Program-made: the position numbers and the translations under genes
The notes under the pieces: model-generated
Database searches by the model: none
Seen by the model: the letters and a program-made list of their open reading frames with translations, nothing else
Told to the model about the DNA's origin: nothing
Shown: piece by piece, positions 1 to 15,084 of the stretch
Layout of the letters: every line of letters begins with the position of its first letter
Position numbering within the stretch: position 1 is the stretch's first letter
Assembly: GCA_964035545.1 (NCBI GenBank)
Contig: OZ037769.1
Span: forward strand, 15,282,633 to 15,346,632
Length of the DNA stretch: 64,000 nucleotides
Origin: Bugula neritina
Lineage: Eukaryota; Animalia; Bryozoa
Direction: 5' to 3'

Positions 1-1
1 A

Positions 2-483
2 ACTACACACATCCCTACTACCAATACTAAACTAAACGACACACAATGTAACTGCAGACAACCTTCCCACTGTCCATTAAATGGTAAATGCTTATACAAA
101 AACGTAATATACCAAGCAACTGTGACAAGACATGACAATAATTCCAGCCATCCATATACATAGGACTCTGTTCAACTACCTTCAAAACCAGATTCAATAA
201 CCATAAAGCCTCTTTCCTACATGCAGATAAAGCCAACAGCACGCAACTCAGCAGACACATCTGCATTCTAAAAAACAACACGAAATTCAGCCTAAAATGG
301 AATATTTTAAAAATTTGTAAATCATACTCAAACCTAACCAACAGATGTAACTTATGCAGCTATGAAAAATATGTAATTTTAAAACAACCGGAATTATCCT
401 CTCTCAACAAACGAAAAGAGCTTTCCAGCACGTGCAAACATAAACGCAGATTTTTACTTGCGCATTTAACAGACGCTAATTAA
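2..483 (+). mobile_element. 3' end of Penelope-like retroelement ORF (Naiad-type GIY-YIG endonuclease), one frameshift
   Basis: Manual translation: [26 protein letters not shown], a frameshift near 150, then [20 protein letters not shown]...NSTQLSRHIC.LK...KWNILK...RCNLCSYEK...LNKRKELSSTCKHKRRFLL, stop at 481-483. This matches the Cys-rich C-terminal GIY-YIG layout of Naiad-clade PLEs. A hammerhead follows in the 3' UTR. Confidence 0.85.
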
Positions 484-551
484 GACATTCCAGCGTAGCA
501 ATACACAAACAATGGTAATTTCGAAACAAAGTCACTCAACCGTACACACAA

Positions 552-598
552 CGACCTGATGATCGTAGCTTGCACTACGTGAAACAATATTGTAGTCG
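552..598 (+). ncRNA. Type I minimal hammerhead ribozyme in the PLE 3' region
   Basis: CGAC-CTGATGA-T-CGTAG-cttgca-CTACG-T-GAAAC-AATATT-GTA-GTCG. Intact core CUGAUGA/GAAA, stem I CGAC/GTCG, stem II CGTAG/CTACG, palindromic stem III CAATATTG, GUA cleavage triplet. Confidence 0.88.
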
Positions 599-710
599 AT
601 AAAATGAATATATAAGTCCAAAATTGTATCAGTACCAAATATAAATATTCTATTTTTCGAAATATTGAGTTCTTTTGATTCATTTTTAATTATAGAAACT
701 ATATATATAT

Positions 711-738
711 ATCCCGAAACAGCTGCTGTCCACAGATT

Positions 739-742
<4 letters not shown>
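711..742 (+). mobile_element. 5'-truncated fragment of the hammerhead element at 8047-8315
   Basis: atcccgaaacagctgctgtccacagattgaga matches 8284-8315 with one mismatch and is flanked on both sides by (TA)n. Confidence 0.85.

Positions 743-800
<58 letters not shown>
743..800. repeat. (TA)n microsatellite
   Basis: Pure TA run; source of spurious YIYI ORFs. Confidence 0.97.
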
Positions 801-802
<2 letters not shown>

Positions 803-2814
803 TTGTATAATGTTGTACTGCAACCAGATAAAAATATAATAACAAAATAAGCTCGCAGCTTTTACCTTCAAGTTTGTTAATTCAGTTGTCTGTATCTTGT
901 ACTTCCTCTGTACACCTTCTCCAGGAAGGACTTTCAAACTGACATCATATCTCTACACTACGTAAAATAATAACAACATTGCTAATTTCACAATAATTTT
1001 GTAACGTTATCCAGGACAAAAGGTTTCTACTCTTAAAATGTTTGGCAGCGATGTCATTTTCAAAATTGATGAAAGACATGCATTATACCATGACATAAAA
1101 GACACCATACTACATTATATATGTTACTTATAGTCTGTATAGAGATAGTATTTAATGTTTGGTTTATAAGAATACAAAAATAAATATTCAAGAAATTAAA
1201 TAAATTATAATAATATACAACGATGGTATGTCTTACCTTATAGAAATTATTTCTGCATATAATGTGTGTTGAATGATCCCAGCTGAAACAGCGTTAGTAT
1301 CACATATGCTTCCTCTTTTCAACTTCTTAATCTAATAAACTTATCCCACTTACTAACTTCTCACACGATAGGAGTAACTTGAAGCATCGTCTCACATCAT
1401 GTGACGTGTTTATGGAGGAAAAACACTCCATATAAGGAGTGTTAACTCTACAGACGTACCTTGATAAGATAATTCTATTTAAAAAAGTATTCTGTAGGCT
1501 ATGCATATTACAACATAGTAAAGTTCAAACGTTGAAAAGTTTCATAGCTGTGTTCCATTATTTGTAATGTTCATGTATAACATAATATAGTTATATATTA
1601 ACAGTATATAGCAGGGATGTGTACATTGTAGGCCTCCCATGATGTGTATATAATGATAACACTCTGCATATTAATAACTTTAGTTAACTTTATGTAAAAA
1701 CAGTGATAGATGATAAGAAGAGTTTACAATACCTTTTAGAATCCAAGATGGAGTTTAAATATTGACTCTTTAGTTCTATCAGAGATAAAACCAGTTTCAA
1801 ATTTATTACACATGTTGGCAGCCCAAGGAATGAATCTAGTTTATTTCCAATAAACTTATGCAATAATAAGATATTTCATTGATTCTAACTTTTCGTTCCA
1901 ACAGTGGGTGCCATGCAACTAAACTTCGGATGAGAAGAAATATAGATTGTCATGTGATTATATAGGTCAGGTGGAAATTGAGGCAATAAAGCCTATTGAG
2001 TCATTTTCTTGTGGAGAAAGAACATGCTGTAAATGAATTGCTAATGCAGGTGCTTTGAGTTATAGCAAACTAACTTCTTGTGACAACCAGGGGGGGGGGG
2101 CTGTAAACCTAAACCTAAGGCTATATTTCTTATCAGAGTATCTTACAATACTGCTCACCTGTTCAAACTGTGTTATAACAAGAAAAAACTGTAAACAACT
2201 TAACCTTGCTTAATCTTATGTAACATTTTATTAATATAGTGTGTGGTTTTTAACTTTTAATACTTTATTTCTCCATAACAATTGACTTTTGACGCAATAT
2301 AATGTATTAATACATGCAAATATATCTGAAAAGCAGCTGCATTTTATAAACAAACCATTGGTTATTAATTCTACTTATATATAAGTTATTACATAAATTG
2401 TAAAAACTTGGTGTTTATTTCTTCTAAGCCTAATTATAGTTCAGCACGTGCTCAACATATTTAATGACTCATAGAAATCAAATAGGCTGTAGACGCGTGA
2501 TGTCTCTATATACAAAGTTGCTTTTGTTGCTAATGCAGTCTCGTGATCAATCAAATCACGTGATCAAAACATCTCTGATTGTATTATACTATAATCTAAA
2601 TTTCACCTATGGAATGAGGAATAATAGTTGCTGCTATATCACTATAATATGGAACCCATATAAACTTAAACTGCTCGCAGCAAATCTTTCGACATTCATT
2701 CGATGATGTTATGAAAAGCAGAATTGTTTCCCCTGATTTTCAGTAGTCTAGTAGCGTGTGTTAATACAATAACTACAGCAAAACTAGGCCGAACCATCTT
2801 GATTCTTGTTGTAG

Positions 2815-4227
2815 TCTGCATCATACTTAGCAGATGTAGTGAACAAGAACTGTCAGAAGTTACCACCAGTCACAGTGGCGCAGCCTTGTTCAGACAGCAG
2901 TAAGTGACTTATATATAGCCAATCAGTTTCAAGTTAAGTTTCTCCCAGGTTTTTATTGTGGGGGTTGGGGTGGGCTCTATATTCATAGGTTTAATGACTG
3001 TACTTATATATTATAATGATTAAATTAGTATATATTAACTCATGTTACATGTAGAGAATTCCCTCAGCTTGCAAATTTGTCAATATTTTGCTTAAAGCTG
3101 CTGCACTGTTAACCTATTACAAGCTTAGAGCTTTTACATATTCAAAGGACCTGTTTGAGTAGCTCTTATTCAAATACAGTATATATCTCTCGTACATAAC
3201 CTATAATATACTCTTCAGGTTGGTTGACTTACAGAACCTCCTGGTTGGTTGGAGGTACCCAGTGGAGTGACACCTACCAGTACAACAATGGATCCAGTAA
3301 GACTACCGTCACCGTCATGAGAGACAACTTCGTTACGATTTCTGAAAACATAGAACATGTGGTAGGAGGTGGTGAGTAGAATTTCTATTGTATGCTTCAA
3401 GTGTTTATCTGATTCTTAAAACTTCTTAAAAGGAAATGAATTCTCTAAAATAATGTGATAGAGTTTTTACCACTTTTTGATGCTATAGTCAAAATTAATT
3501 TAGCTTACTTACAGTTACAGAAGAAATGCCCTAAAGCTTTGCTATATATAAGCGATTGTGTTTAAGCCACCCATTAAAAAAAATATTTTGGGATGCCATA
3601 TTCAAAGAGCTGCTCAAAGACACGCATACCTTTTTCATGTGTGCCTTTTGTCACAAAAAAAGTTTCTTATTTGAAATTTATAGAACAAGCTGTGTTAAAG
3701 ACTGGGGCATCTTTGGGTGAAACATGGAGTAAAAACATCTTGGAGAAAAATATTGTTGTTGCATAAGCATTTTAAAAGGCTTTGATCACCCAGTTGCACT
3801 AATAATTTGAATTGCTGCATGCATGGCAGTGCATACAGCTTGACTTTTTTGTTTGCAGTGGCTTACCTTTATAAATATCATTGGTCTATATTGTCAAGTG
3901 GTTTTTATGTAAACATTGCAACTACAAATAAATATCTTAAATGGCTTTTGTCACTTATGCAGTTGCACTGATAATTAGCTTGACTTTCCTTATTTGCAAT
4001 AGTTCACACTGTTTTATCTTTTTATAAATATCATTAGTCTAAATTGCCAAGTGGTCTTTATGTAAATATTGCAATTACTCATGTTTGTCTACATCTGCAT
4101 TTAGTACTCTATTACTATCTATTTATATCTTGTAGTTCCACAGCTGGTGACACTACAGTATGGAAACATGACTAAAGGAATCACAGATCAGAGTATATTC
4201 AACATACCCAGTTACTGCAACATCTAA
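2815..4227 (+). pseudogene. Ependymin-related protein copy 1, exons 2-4 only (exon 1 not found)
   Basis: Exons 2815-2899 (SASYLADVVNKNCQKLPPVTVAQPCSDS), 3219-3371 (WLTYRTSWLVGGTQWSDTYQY...) and 4136-4227 (VPQLVTLQYGNMTKGITDQSIFNIPSYCNI*), with AG/GT sites and the same phases as copies 2-4. There is no exon-1 homolog upstream in the window, and promoter-like sequence lies directly before exon 2. Confidence 0.7.
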
Positions 4228-5897
4228 ATATAACAATATATCATGATGATTGAGTATCAAGTGGAAATAACTTCTATTTACAAATTATATTGCACCAATA
4301 TGTTTTAGAGTTATCTACTCAGTAAGACAGTTGCCCTCAATAATGTAATATTTACGAACTTTTTAATTCCAACACCTTTACATAATTACGCATGTTTTAT
4401 ATTGTTTTATCTACATTCTATAGCTGCAAATCAACTTTTCTCATATCATAAATAAAACTCCTCTCTTTGCTGCCACAGCTGACTTGTGTTACTGACTATA
4501 TATGAAGTATCAGCAAACTATAATAACAATACAATACTGTTAGGTACTTTGTTATATTCTGAAACTTGCATAAAGTTTTAAACAAACTTTCAAACGAACT
4601 ATTCTGTTCCTTACTAAAATATTATATTGAGATTAGTCATGATTCCAATAGAGTAAACACCCCATATACTACTAGTACATATATAATGGGTGTATCTTGT
4701 TTACAGAATTCAAACTATTCCAAACTATAATTATATAGTACTTTTACAAGGCATAATTTTAATTCAAAATTGTAGCTTGCACAGAGTTGTCCTTTCTTTA
4801 GTTACTGGTGACGTTTGTTTAGCTCAGAACTGTGGTACAAGGCATCTCCTCTTTAATTATGATAGGAAAAAACTGTCACGATGTTTTTGGACGACAAATC
4901 TTGCCAAAAAACTGTCAATCCTTGTAACGCAACACGTAATCCCTTACTTTTTACTATAACAATTCCTATCATGGCAGAGATATGCAAACCTGTAGCATGT
5001 ATAAACCCGCTATATACTGAGCTATTAATAAATCGAATAAATATTATAAAATAGTATAATAATTCAAAACATTTTAGCAAATAAGCTCAGCTCCATATTT
5101 AAATATTGCAAAATTGTAAAAAAGGGTGAAAAATTCAATAATGCAAGTCATAGTATTTAATATAGCTGATATAATTTATATTTTTTGCCTATTCACCATA
5201 TCATATAAATCATCTTTAGTATGAGAATTTATATGAAATATCTGCATTAAAAATATGTTATGTGAATAAAGCTGCATGGATAAGTTAAAATGGGTACCTC
5301 TCCTAAATCCTATTAAAAGCATTTTAGACTTAACCTACTCTTTATATAGGCATTTTGGATGTAAAAAAAGAAGAATTAGTAAAATCAGGTCTATAATGAC
5401 CAGCAATTGTATCTGCAATTTCCTTATTAAGTTGTTTGTGCATGAAATTTCACAATCTTTGCTCTTATAAATAATCTTGTGTGTTTGTATATGATGCTAA
5501 ATATTGCTACAGCTAGTGCAAAGCGTAGCAAAAAAAACATATTTTTTGTAAAGCAAAGCACAAGTTTTTATAAGCATGCTAAATATAAATTTAGTGCATT
5601 ATCTATATTTTACAATCTGGAAAGACTATATATTTATTCATAATGTTCATTTCTATATTTTATTATATAATGCAAGTTTTTGGGAACTGCTTTTATATTC
5701 ATGACAAAGCTGTAGAATTATTGCAAATAAAGCAGAGCGGCCAACTTATAATACTTTTGTACAAAAACTTAATTTACCTTCCCACTTTATTATCTACTAG
5801 AGTTATTTTTTATATTAGAGTGCAAGTGTTACCAAAATAATGAGTGTTTAGGCAAGAAATGTTGTTACAACTCTTTCCTATATAGTTACTTAAGACT

Positions 5898-6005
5898 GTC
5901 ACGTGATGTGCAAAAACTATAGCAACTTAAATACACTTGCTGTGACGGATTTAATAACTGCATGTCATGCAGTTGGCATATTTTAGCTATATATATATAT
6001 ATTAA
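5898..6005 (+). promoter_or_regulatory. Putative EPDR core promoter: E-box, TGCATGTCATGCA palindrome and TATA-like tract
   Basis: GTCACGTGAT at 5898. The block tgcatgtcatgcagttggcaYattttagctatatatata is shared with the copy 3 upstream region (~14982-15020). Confidence 0.5.
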
Positions 6006-6070
6006 CTGCTTTGCAATGTTGACATCACTTATATAGCAAAGGAATCTCAAAGTATACATTCACTCTCAAC

Positions 6071-8520
<2,450 letters not shown>

Positions 8521-10320
8521 ATACTGGGTTATATATATATATATATGATCAAATTATGTCTAAGCTAATATTCACGATCTTTCATGAGATGATTTTACTG
8601 CAATGCTACTTAGAATTCTGTTTTATACACAAGAGCATAAAGTTGGCTAAAGTATATTATAACGCATATATATATAGTGAGAAGTTAATCTAGCTAATAG
8701 TGATGAATACCATTGCGTACCTATATATTGTATAACTTGTGCTATAATGAAAATGAACTTTTAAAACATTATTATTTACATAAATTTTCGATAAGTTTCT
8801 ATTTCAATTAACTGTAATTGAATGCACAACATAAGATGAAAGTTTCCTAGTTTGTAATATGTATGTTTTCTGTCTGCATGCATTTTGTAGGGAAAGTAAC
8901 TCCAAATACATTCACATTATAAGAAGAAACAATAACTCTCTCTTCAGTCATTTTCTCGATTATGTAAATTTGAACTCTTTCTAATAGCTATTCTATTACT
9001 ATCACTATGCAAATTTCATAGTACCAAAGAGAGTTTCCTTTTTATAGAGTTTTTTTTTCCTTTGGGTTTTGTCTGCATTATGAAAGCTGGTTTGACATTG
9101 TGTGCATGAAAACATGCAGCATGTCTACCCCTTGTAAAAGCTGGCCTCATTTTATATGCCGTCAGCTGAATTCTTAAGTTTATTATTTGAAGCTCTTTAG
9201 CCTTCAACGTTCAACTATCGGTATATTCATTTAGGCATGCTTTGTTTAAATAACGTTATGCTTCAACTATGAAATGTAAAGTTCATCAGCAGATAACTCC
9301 ATGCACTGAGTACGATTATCTGAAACAAATTCAGCTTTGTTAACAACTATTTAGCACTTGCCTCAGGTTGTAGCCAACGTTGCTCATAGAAAGCAACATG
9401 AAGCTAGCTTTCATTGAAAGATTAGAAATCCTTTTTTGGCATCTAAGTTTCTAATAGTGTGACCTAGCTCACACTATAATCTCTTGCATGAAGGGTTATA
9501 TTAATTAATTGTTCTAGATGTAACGGTTAAAATATTATAATAAATGAACAAGAGCTAATATAAGCAGCCAACTTTGTTTATTGTGTGGTTAATAAACATG
9601 TTTTGTTATAAGAAAACATTACATAGGTGAAATGTCATGATAAATCTGCAAGAGTAGGCAATTCTTTGTTTCCTCTGAAAGTTTATGCAAAAAGGTTTAG
9701 CTTCTGCTACTAGATAGATATTTATATATTGGGCTATTATATGATTCAACAACAAACAAGGGGGCCGTGAGTTTGCAAAGCAAAAAAGTTTTAGTGGGTA
9801 TGCTGCAGCTTTTACCTACTAAATAGACATTAAAGGCTTATGACTATTTTATTATATATCTGAATTATTAAGTAAGCTTGCATCAGATAAAGCCATATAA
9901 ATGCTAGCGTGAATTATCGTGTTTTGTAGCCAAAGTAAGAACGGGTTATTATGTAGTTTTTCCATAAGCAATCTCGAAGCAATTTCATGCAAATTGGCTG
10001 AAGATTTAATATTTCAGCTCAATTCTGTGTGACACAAAACTATCATTTAAACAAACTTAACTTAAAGTCTGCACAAATAATAATAAAAATCTGTAATTTT
10101 CAGAGAATTGTTTGATCGTTTTTAAGTGCTTACTTATTTGTAAAAACATCTGCTAATATTGTTAAAAAACAGTTAAAATCTTTTTAATATCATTGCGTAA
10201 ACAATGCTTAAAGTAGCCTTTTGATTGCAAAAAAGAAGCATCTAAAAAATAAGTTAATGGAATTCATGTTTAATTGTAACATTATATTCAATTTTTAGGC
10301 AACATATCACATTTATTATA

Positions 10321-10393
10321 GTAGATCTGAAAAGTGAGATATGCCAAAATGGTACCTCACTCTGCAGAGAAGAACATCCTTGTACTAACAGCA
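10321..10393 (+). pseudogene. Orphan degenerate EPDR exon 2
   Basis: Translates VDLKSEICQNGTSLCREEHPCTNS versus VDEEKESCQKLEPLRVDQPCSDS. It is followed by a GT donor and the tagccaatcag motif found after exon 2 in the other copies. Confidence 0.65.
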
Positions 10394-10778
10394 GTATGGT
10401 ATTAGCCAATCAGATTAAAGTTTACTGCTCGATTTCTTGACAACAACTGATGTGCATTCTGTGTCTGTATCTGTATGAAGTAGATCCTGGTGCGGATCCC
10501 GTAGGACCATCGTGCAAGCCTCAGAGATCAATGAGTTACTATAATCAAAAACATTTGAATTAAATTGAATTAAATATATAAATAAAAATATTTTGTGCTG
10601 TCATTTTCCAGCACTGATACTCATAAAATTTCTCAAATTGTCAACAGTTGCTAAGTTGCCACAACTCCCAGTATAATTGATGAACACTACCCAGCCATAC
10701 TTCTAATCTATAGTGATATGTTATTGAAGGAATTGTGGAACAGACAACTCCTTAAGAAATAGCCAGCCTTTACAGTAA

Positions 10779-11155
10779 AGGCCTGGCCTCAGGCTTGTGA
10801 GAATCACATGAAACTCGTGTAACAATGTTCGTGAGTTATCCTCTCGTTATGACCAGCCACACACTCATCGAACGAAACACATACTAAGCAGTCCGTGAAT
10901 GAGTCTTGCACGAGATGCAAACACAGCAGAAGATTGCCAAACAGAGAAACGTGGTGAAAATAAAATAATTACTGTTGCTAAAATTCTATTGACCAATCAA
11001 ATATAGTTCTTATCGTTGATTGCAATTTTTTTTCCATCGTCTTCGGTGGGTGCACCCAACGATGATAATTAATTCTTTCAAACTTTATCTTACGTTTGTG
11101 TTTTTGTGTCAAATAGACAAATTCGTGTGACTCGCACGAGTGTGTGGCCAGGCTT
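10779..11155. mobile_element. PIF/Harbinger-like MITE
   Basis: TIRs aggcctggcctca... / ...gtgtggccaggctt flanked by TAA/TTA. The flanks join into sequence paralogous to ~19700-19735, which lacks the insert. Confidence 0.7.
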
Positions 11156-11358
11156 TTACTTAATTATATATAAGACAACTCCCTAAAAGATATAACATTA
11201 TTGGACTATTTAAAAACATATGCACATATTTTGGTGCTTGTGAAAATCAATGTATTTGAACTATATTAACTAAGAATTTTTTAAAGCAACACTTTAATGA
11301 TTCGTTATAATAGCTATAATATGAATAAATATTTTTGTTTGAGACGACAGTTAGCTTA

Positions 11359-11692
11359 GGGCCACACTGTGCGTATTTTCGCATGCGAAAATTGAAATCA
11401 CAAGTAGCAAAGGTGTCCACTGTACGCGTTGAGAAAACATTCGCACTTGTCGCTCAGCATTCTCAACGCAAGTGCGAATCGTCTCTGTCGTAGTCACCTA
11501 ATTAGCTGGTAGTTATTCAGCAAGCCCAATTTCTTTATTTTAGTACTACATTCCAGTAAATTGCGTTTTATTAAAAGCGAGTGCGATTTAAAAATGAAAG
11601 CTTTATTTATCACGCATCACTGACGCTACAGTGGACACCTTTGCTACTTGTGATTTCAATTTTCGCATGCGAAAATACGCACCGTGTGGCCC
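11359..11692. mobile_element. PIF/Harbinger-like MITE with ~65-bp near-perfect TIRs
   Basis: gggccacactgtgcgtattttcgcatgcgaaaattgaaatcacaagtagcaaaggtgtccactgta and its reverse complement at 11627-11692. Flanks are TTA/TAG. Confidence 0.85.
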
Positions 11693-13260
11693 TAGGCTTA
11701 TAGTTGTCTACTCTAATTAGCCAATCAGGGTATGCACTAGGTTGGAAAACAAAACCTGTGCAAATAATGAATACAGGTTACCTTGCTTGCTAGCTAATTA
11801 AGCTTTGGAAATGCTTATTTACATTTATTCATTGTTTTTTAGTGTTTTATTGCATCTCCTGTTGATATCTAATATTTTTCCTACACACTAGATTTCATAA
11901 ATTAAGAAGACTGGCAGATACTATTCGGATTATATTTAAAGATAAAATTCCTTATACAAAAAACTGAAATCTTTAAAGGTATAGTATTTTGATATATTTT
12001 GAAGTAAAAACCTGGTATCACTGTAATTTGAAAACCAAACTTTTCTACAATTTGTTTTTTTTTTTGCAAAAGCATTTAACAAAATATAATATGATCTTGG
12101 TTTTTATACATATGCACAAGCAATATATAACAACTGTACCATGCAGTTACTGTGAATGACAACTTATCTAATGATCATTGTAATTTTGCACACATTTGCA
12201 TATAACAGGCTATGATGTTTAATCGAAACTGCAAACTTCAGCTGTTTAATGAATGCACCTTAATCTCCCCTGCACCAGCTTTTCTGTTGGGGTGTGACAT
12301 GTATAATTGTGAGGTGTATGCATCATATGATCTCCAGAGTTGTTTAGAGTTACCACACTTGCAGTCGTTTAATGCCATTCAGATGTAAATATTATATGAT
12401 ATTTTGAACAAATAAGTCTAGCTTATAATAATAAATGCATATATCTATAAGTTGGGGTTTGGGCCTATATTATATAGGTGTGTTTGTGCATGTGCATGTG
12501 TCTGCGTTTTGTTTATTTTATAAAAAAACAATATATATAATATAGACAACTAAAGTAAAAGATAGTATCTATAGAGGTTATATATGTACAAAGTGCAGTG
12601 ATTAACTTAGAATACCCAGTTTCATTATTTCTCTGATTTCTCAAAATACAACATTCCCCATGCATGCAGTGAGCGATTATCATAAAAAAAAGCACACTGA
12701 TCAGCAGCTGTGGAGTGAAGTAGTATAGCTGCATGGTTTTCCTTTTGCATGCACTGCATAACATATCATACTTTATAAAATCAATTAGCAGCTGGTGGGT
12801 GATTGTATATACGTGGTAGTGCAATGGAGGAATTTCATATCCTGGACACAACACAATATAGGCATGTCCCATGGCACCAGACCTAAAACAAAAAAATTGA
12901 TGTCGCAACTTTTATTCTTTTAATTACTTTGAAAGATTTCATCACAGCAGATAATCATAACAGGATTTGTTTATATGGTCTGTTGCGGCCAGACTCCTCT
13001 TTAGTTCAAATCAATTTTTTTATGTCGAAAGTCCAGGAACCTTTATTTCAGCCGCTTACAACAGGATGGATAAGGGAGTCTTTATATGAGTTAATGTCTG
13101 CAGTTGTTGCATATTGTAAACTTTTGGTTTAAACATAACTCATATTTTTGAACTGTACATTTGCTCAAGGTATTATCTAAAATGACTATATTATAACAGG
13201 AGTGTTTAATAAACAATCTTGTCACCCAATTATTTTTATTATTTAGAAGAACAAACTGTG

Positions 13261-13386
<126 letters not shown>

Positions 13387-15084
13387 ACTGCTTATAATGC
13401 TTGCAATAACCAAATAAAATACTAATAAAAAAGGTGGCATTCAAGTTATTAAGTTTATTATCAAGTTTTGTTTTGCTGTAAAAAATTGTTTTATGTCACT
13501 GCTGCCATGCATTAGTTTTAAGATCCAAAAATTATCTTAAATTATGAAATTATTACTCAAATATTTTTCCAAGAAGTAATTATCACCATATGCATGGAAA
13601 CTGGTCAAAAACTTAGTCATTTAAAGTATACATCTACAACCCAAACGATCAAAATGTAATGTGGCAGCTATATATATGATCAGTCTTTTCAACAATATAA
13701 GAAGCTTATAAATAAACTATTGAATAAAATTGAATATATTTTAATTAGTTTTATTCAAATTAAAATCAATGACCAATTGACTTTTTATAATGTTTTCAAT
13801 GCTTTTTATAAAAAAATTAAAGCAGCACAAAATGTTAGATGTTTAAGTAAATTAACTTTTTATAACAGCCTTTATATGATGAATTTCGTTAAACATCATA
13901 TCAAAAGGACGATAACAGTTGGAGATTGGTTATGCATCTTAACATAAAATTAACAACTCTGCTGCAGCAAAACAACAACAAAAAGTTTTGCCTTAATATA
14001 TTGCAAACATGCAAACATGTTTGCATTTAATATAAGCAATTGGCATTTCAAAAACTTACAAGCTGTTTATACAAATAAATATTGTTTCTTTTCATACAAC
14101 TACAATATGATAAAACTTTCTCTAAAATAATAACCATGCATAATCAAAAATAAGTATTATATTGAATAAGCTGATATATATGTATTATAGCTCCATCATT
14201 CTATTTTATCACTTACTATCTTAAACTAATTGCTGTTGCAGTTCATCAAATGTAGAACTCAGCTTTTAAAAACTGACCATTTTCCAAATTTAGATATAAT
14301 TTGTCAATTTTTGAGAATCAGTCTATATTTACTATATATATATGCATACCAATTATATTTAAAAAAATACTTACTGAATGTTTGTTGTCATTGTCAGAAA
14401 GCTTTACAATAATAAAATAGATGTCTCTACTGATTATTTAATGTGATGTCATAGTAAAGCCGGCTATTTTTTGCTTTGTCACTGTTTGTTAATAATCTTT
14501 TATATATACACACTGACCCGTATACATTTTAATGATAACAAAGATTCGTACAAATATTGTTATGTCAAAATGTCTGAAAAGTTAAGAAGCAACTTAAAAG
14601 CTAATAAAGGCATATTAGACTTAATAATTGAGTATTTAGGATATAAGAAACGGGGAATCATTTGAATCCTGTCTAAAGACTTATGTGTAATATCCTTATT
14701 AAGACACATGGTCATGCAAAAAAAGTGTGTGATTGGAAACCCTCTTTTTTGTTCCACACAACTAATTAGCATTTACGTCACATGATGTATGATGTCATAA
14801 CGCAAAGTGCATGGAGCAAAAAAAGATTTCTGGACAAACAGAGCCAATGTCATTTAATGAGATTAATTGAGCAGAAAGAATAGCATATTGTAGATTATGA
14901 CACAGTCATGAGACAAAGTCATATAATCTGTAAAAATTTAGGACTTAAATATATATTGACAATAACACTTGTCTTGTTAATTGCATGTCATGCAGTTGGC
15001 ACATTTTAGCTATATATATAAGCTGCTCAGTTGTGTTGATATCATTTATACACAAGAACCTTAAAGTATACATTCACTCTCAAC

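Noticed and set aside
484-551. SECIS element in the Naiad 3' UTR
   Set aside because: No AUGA-AA-GA stem-loop of proper spacing and no in-frame TGA in the visible ORF.
665-937. YIYI/HTHT/CVCV/TELTR ORFs here and at 7.6-8.5, 13.1-13.4, 18.8-19.3, 36.9-37.2 and 40.6-40.9 kb
   Set aside because: Translations of micro- and minisatellites, not genes.
12513-13132. 131-aa and 67-aa ORFs
   Set aside because: No motifs, splice context or paralogs supporting coding.
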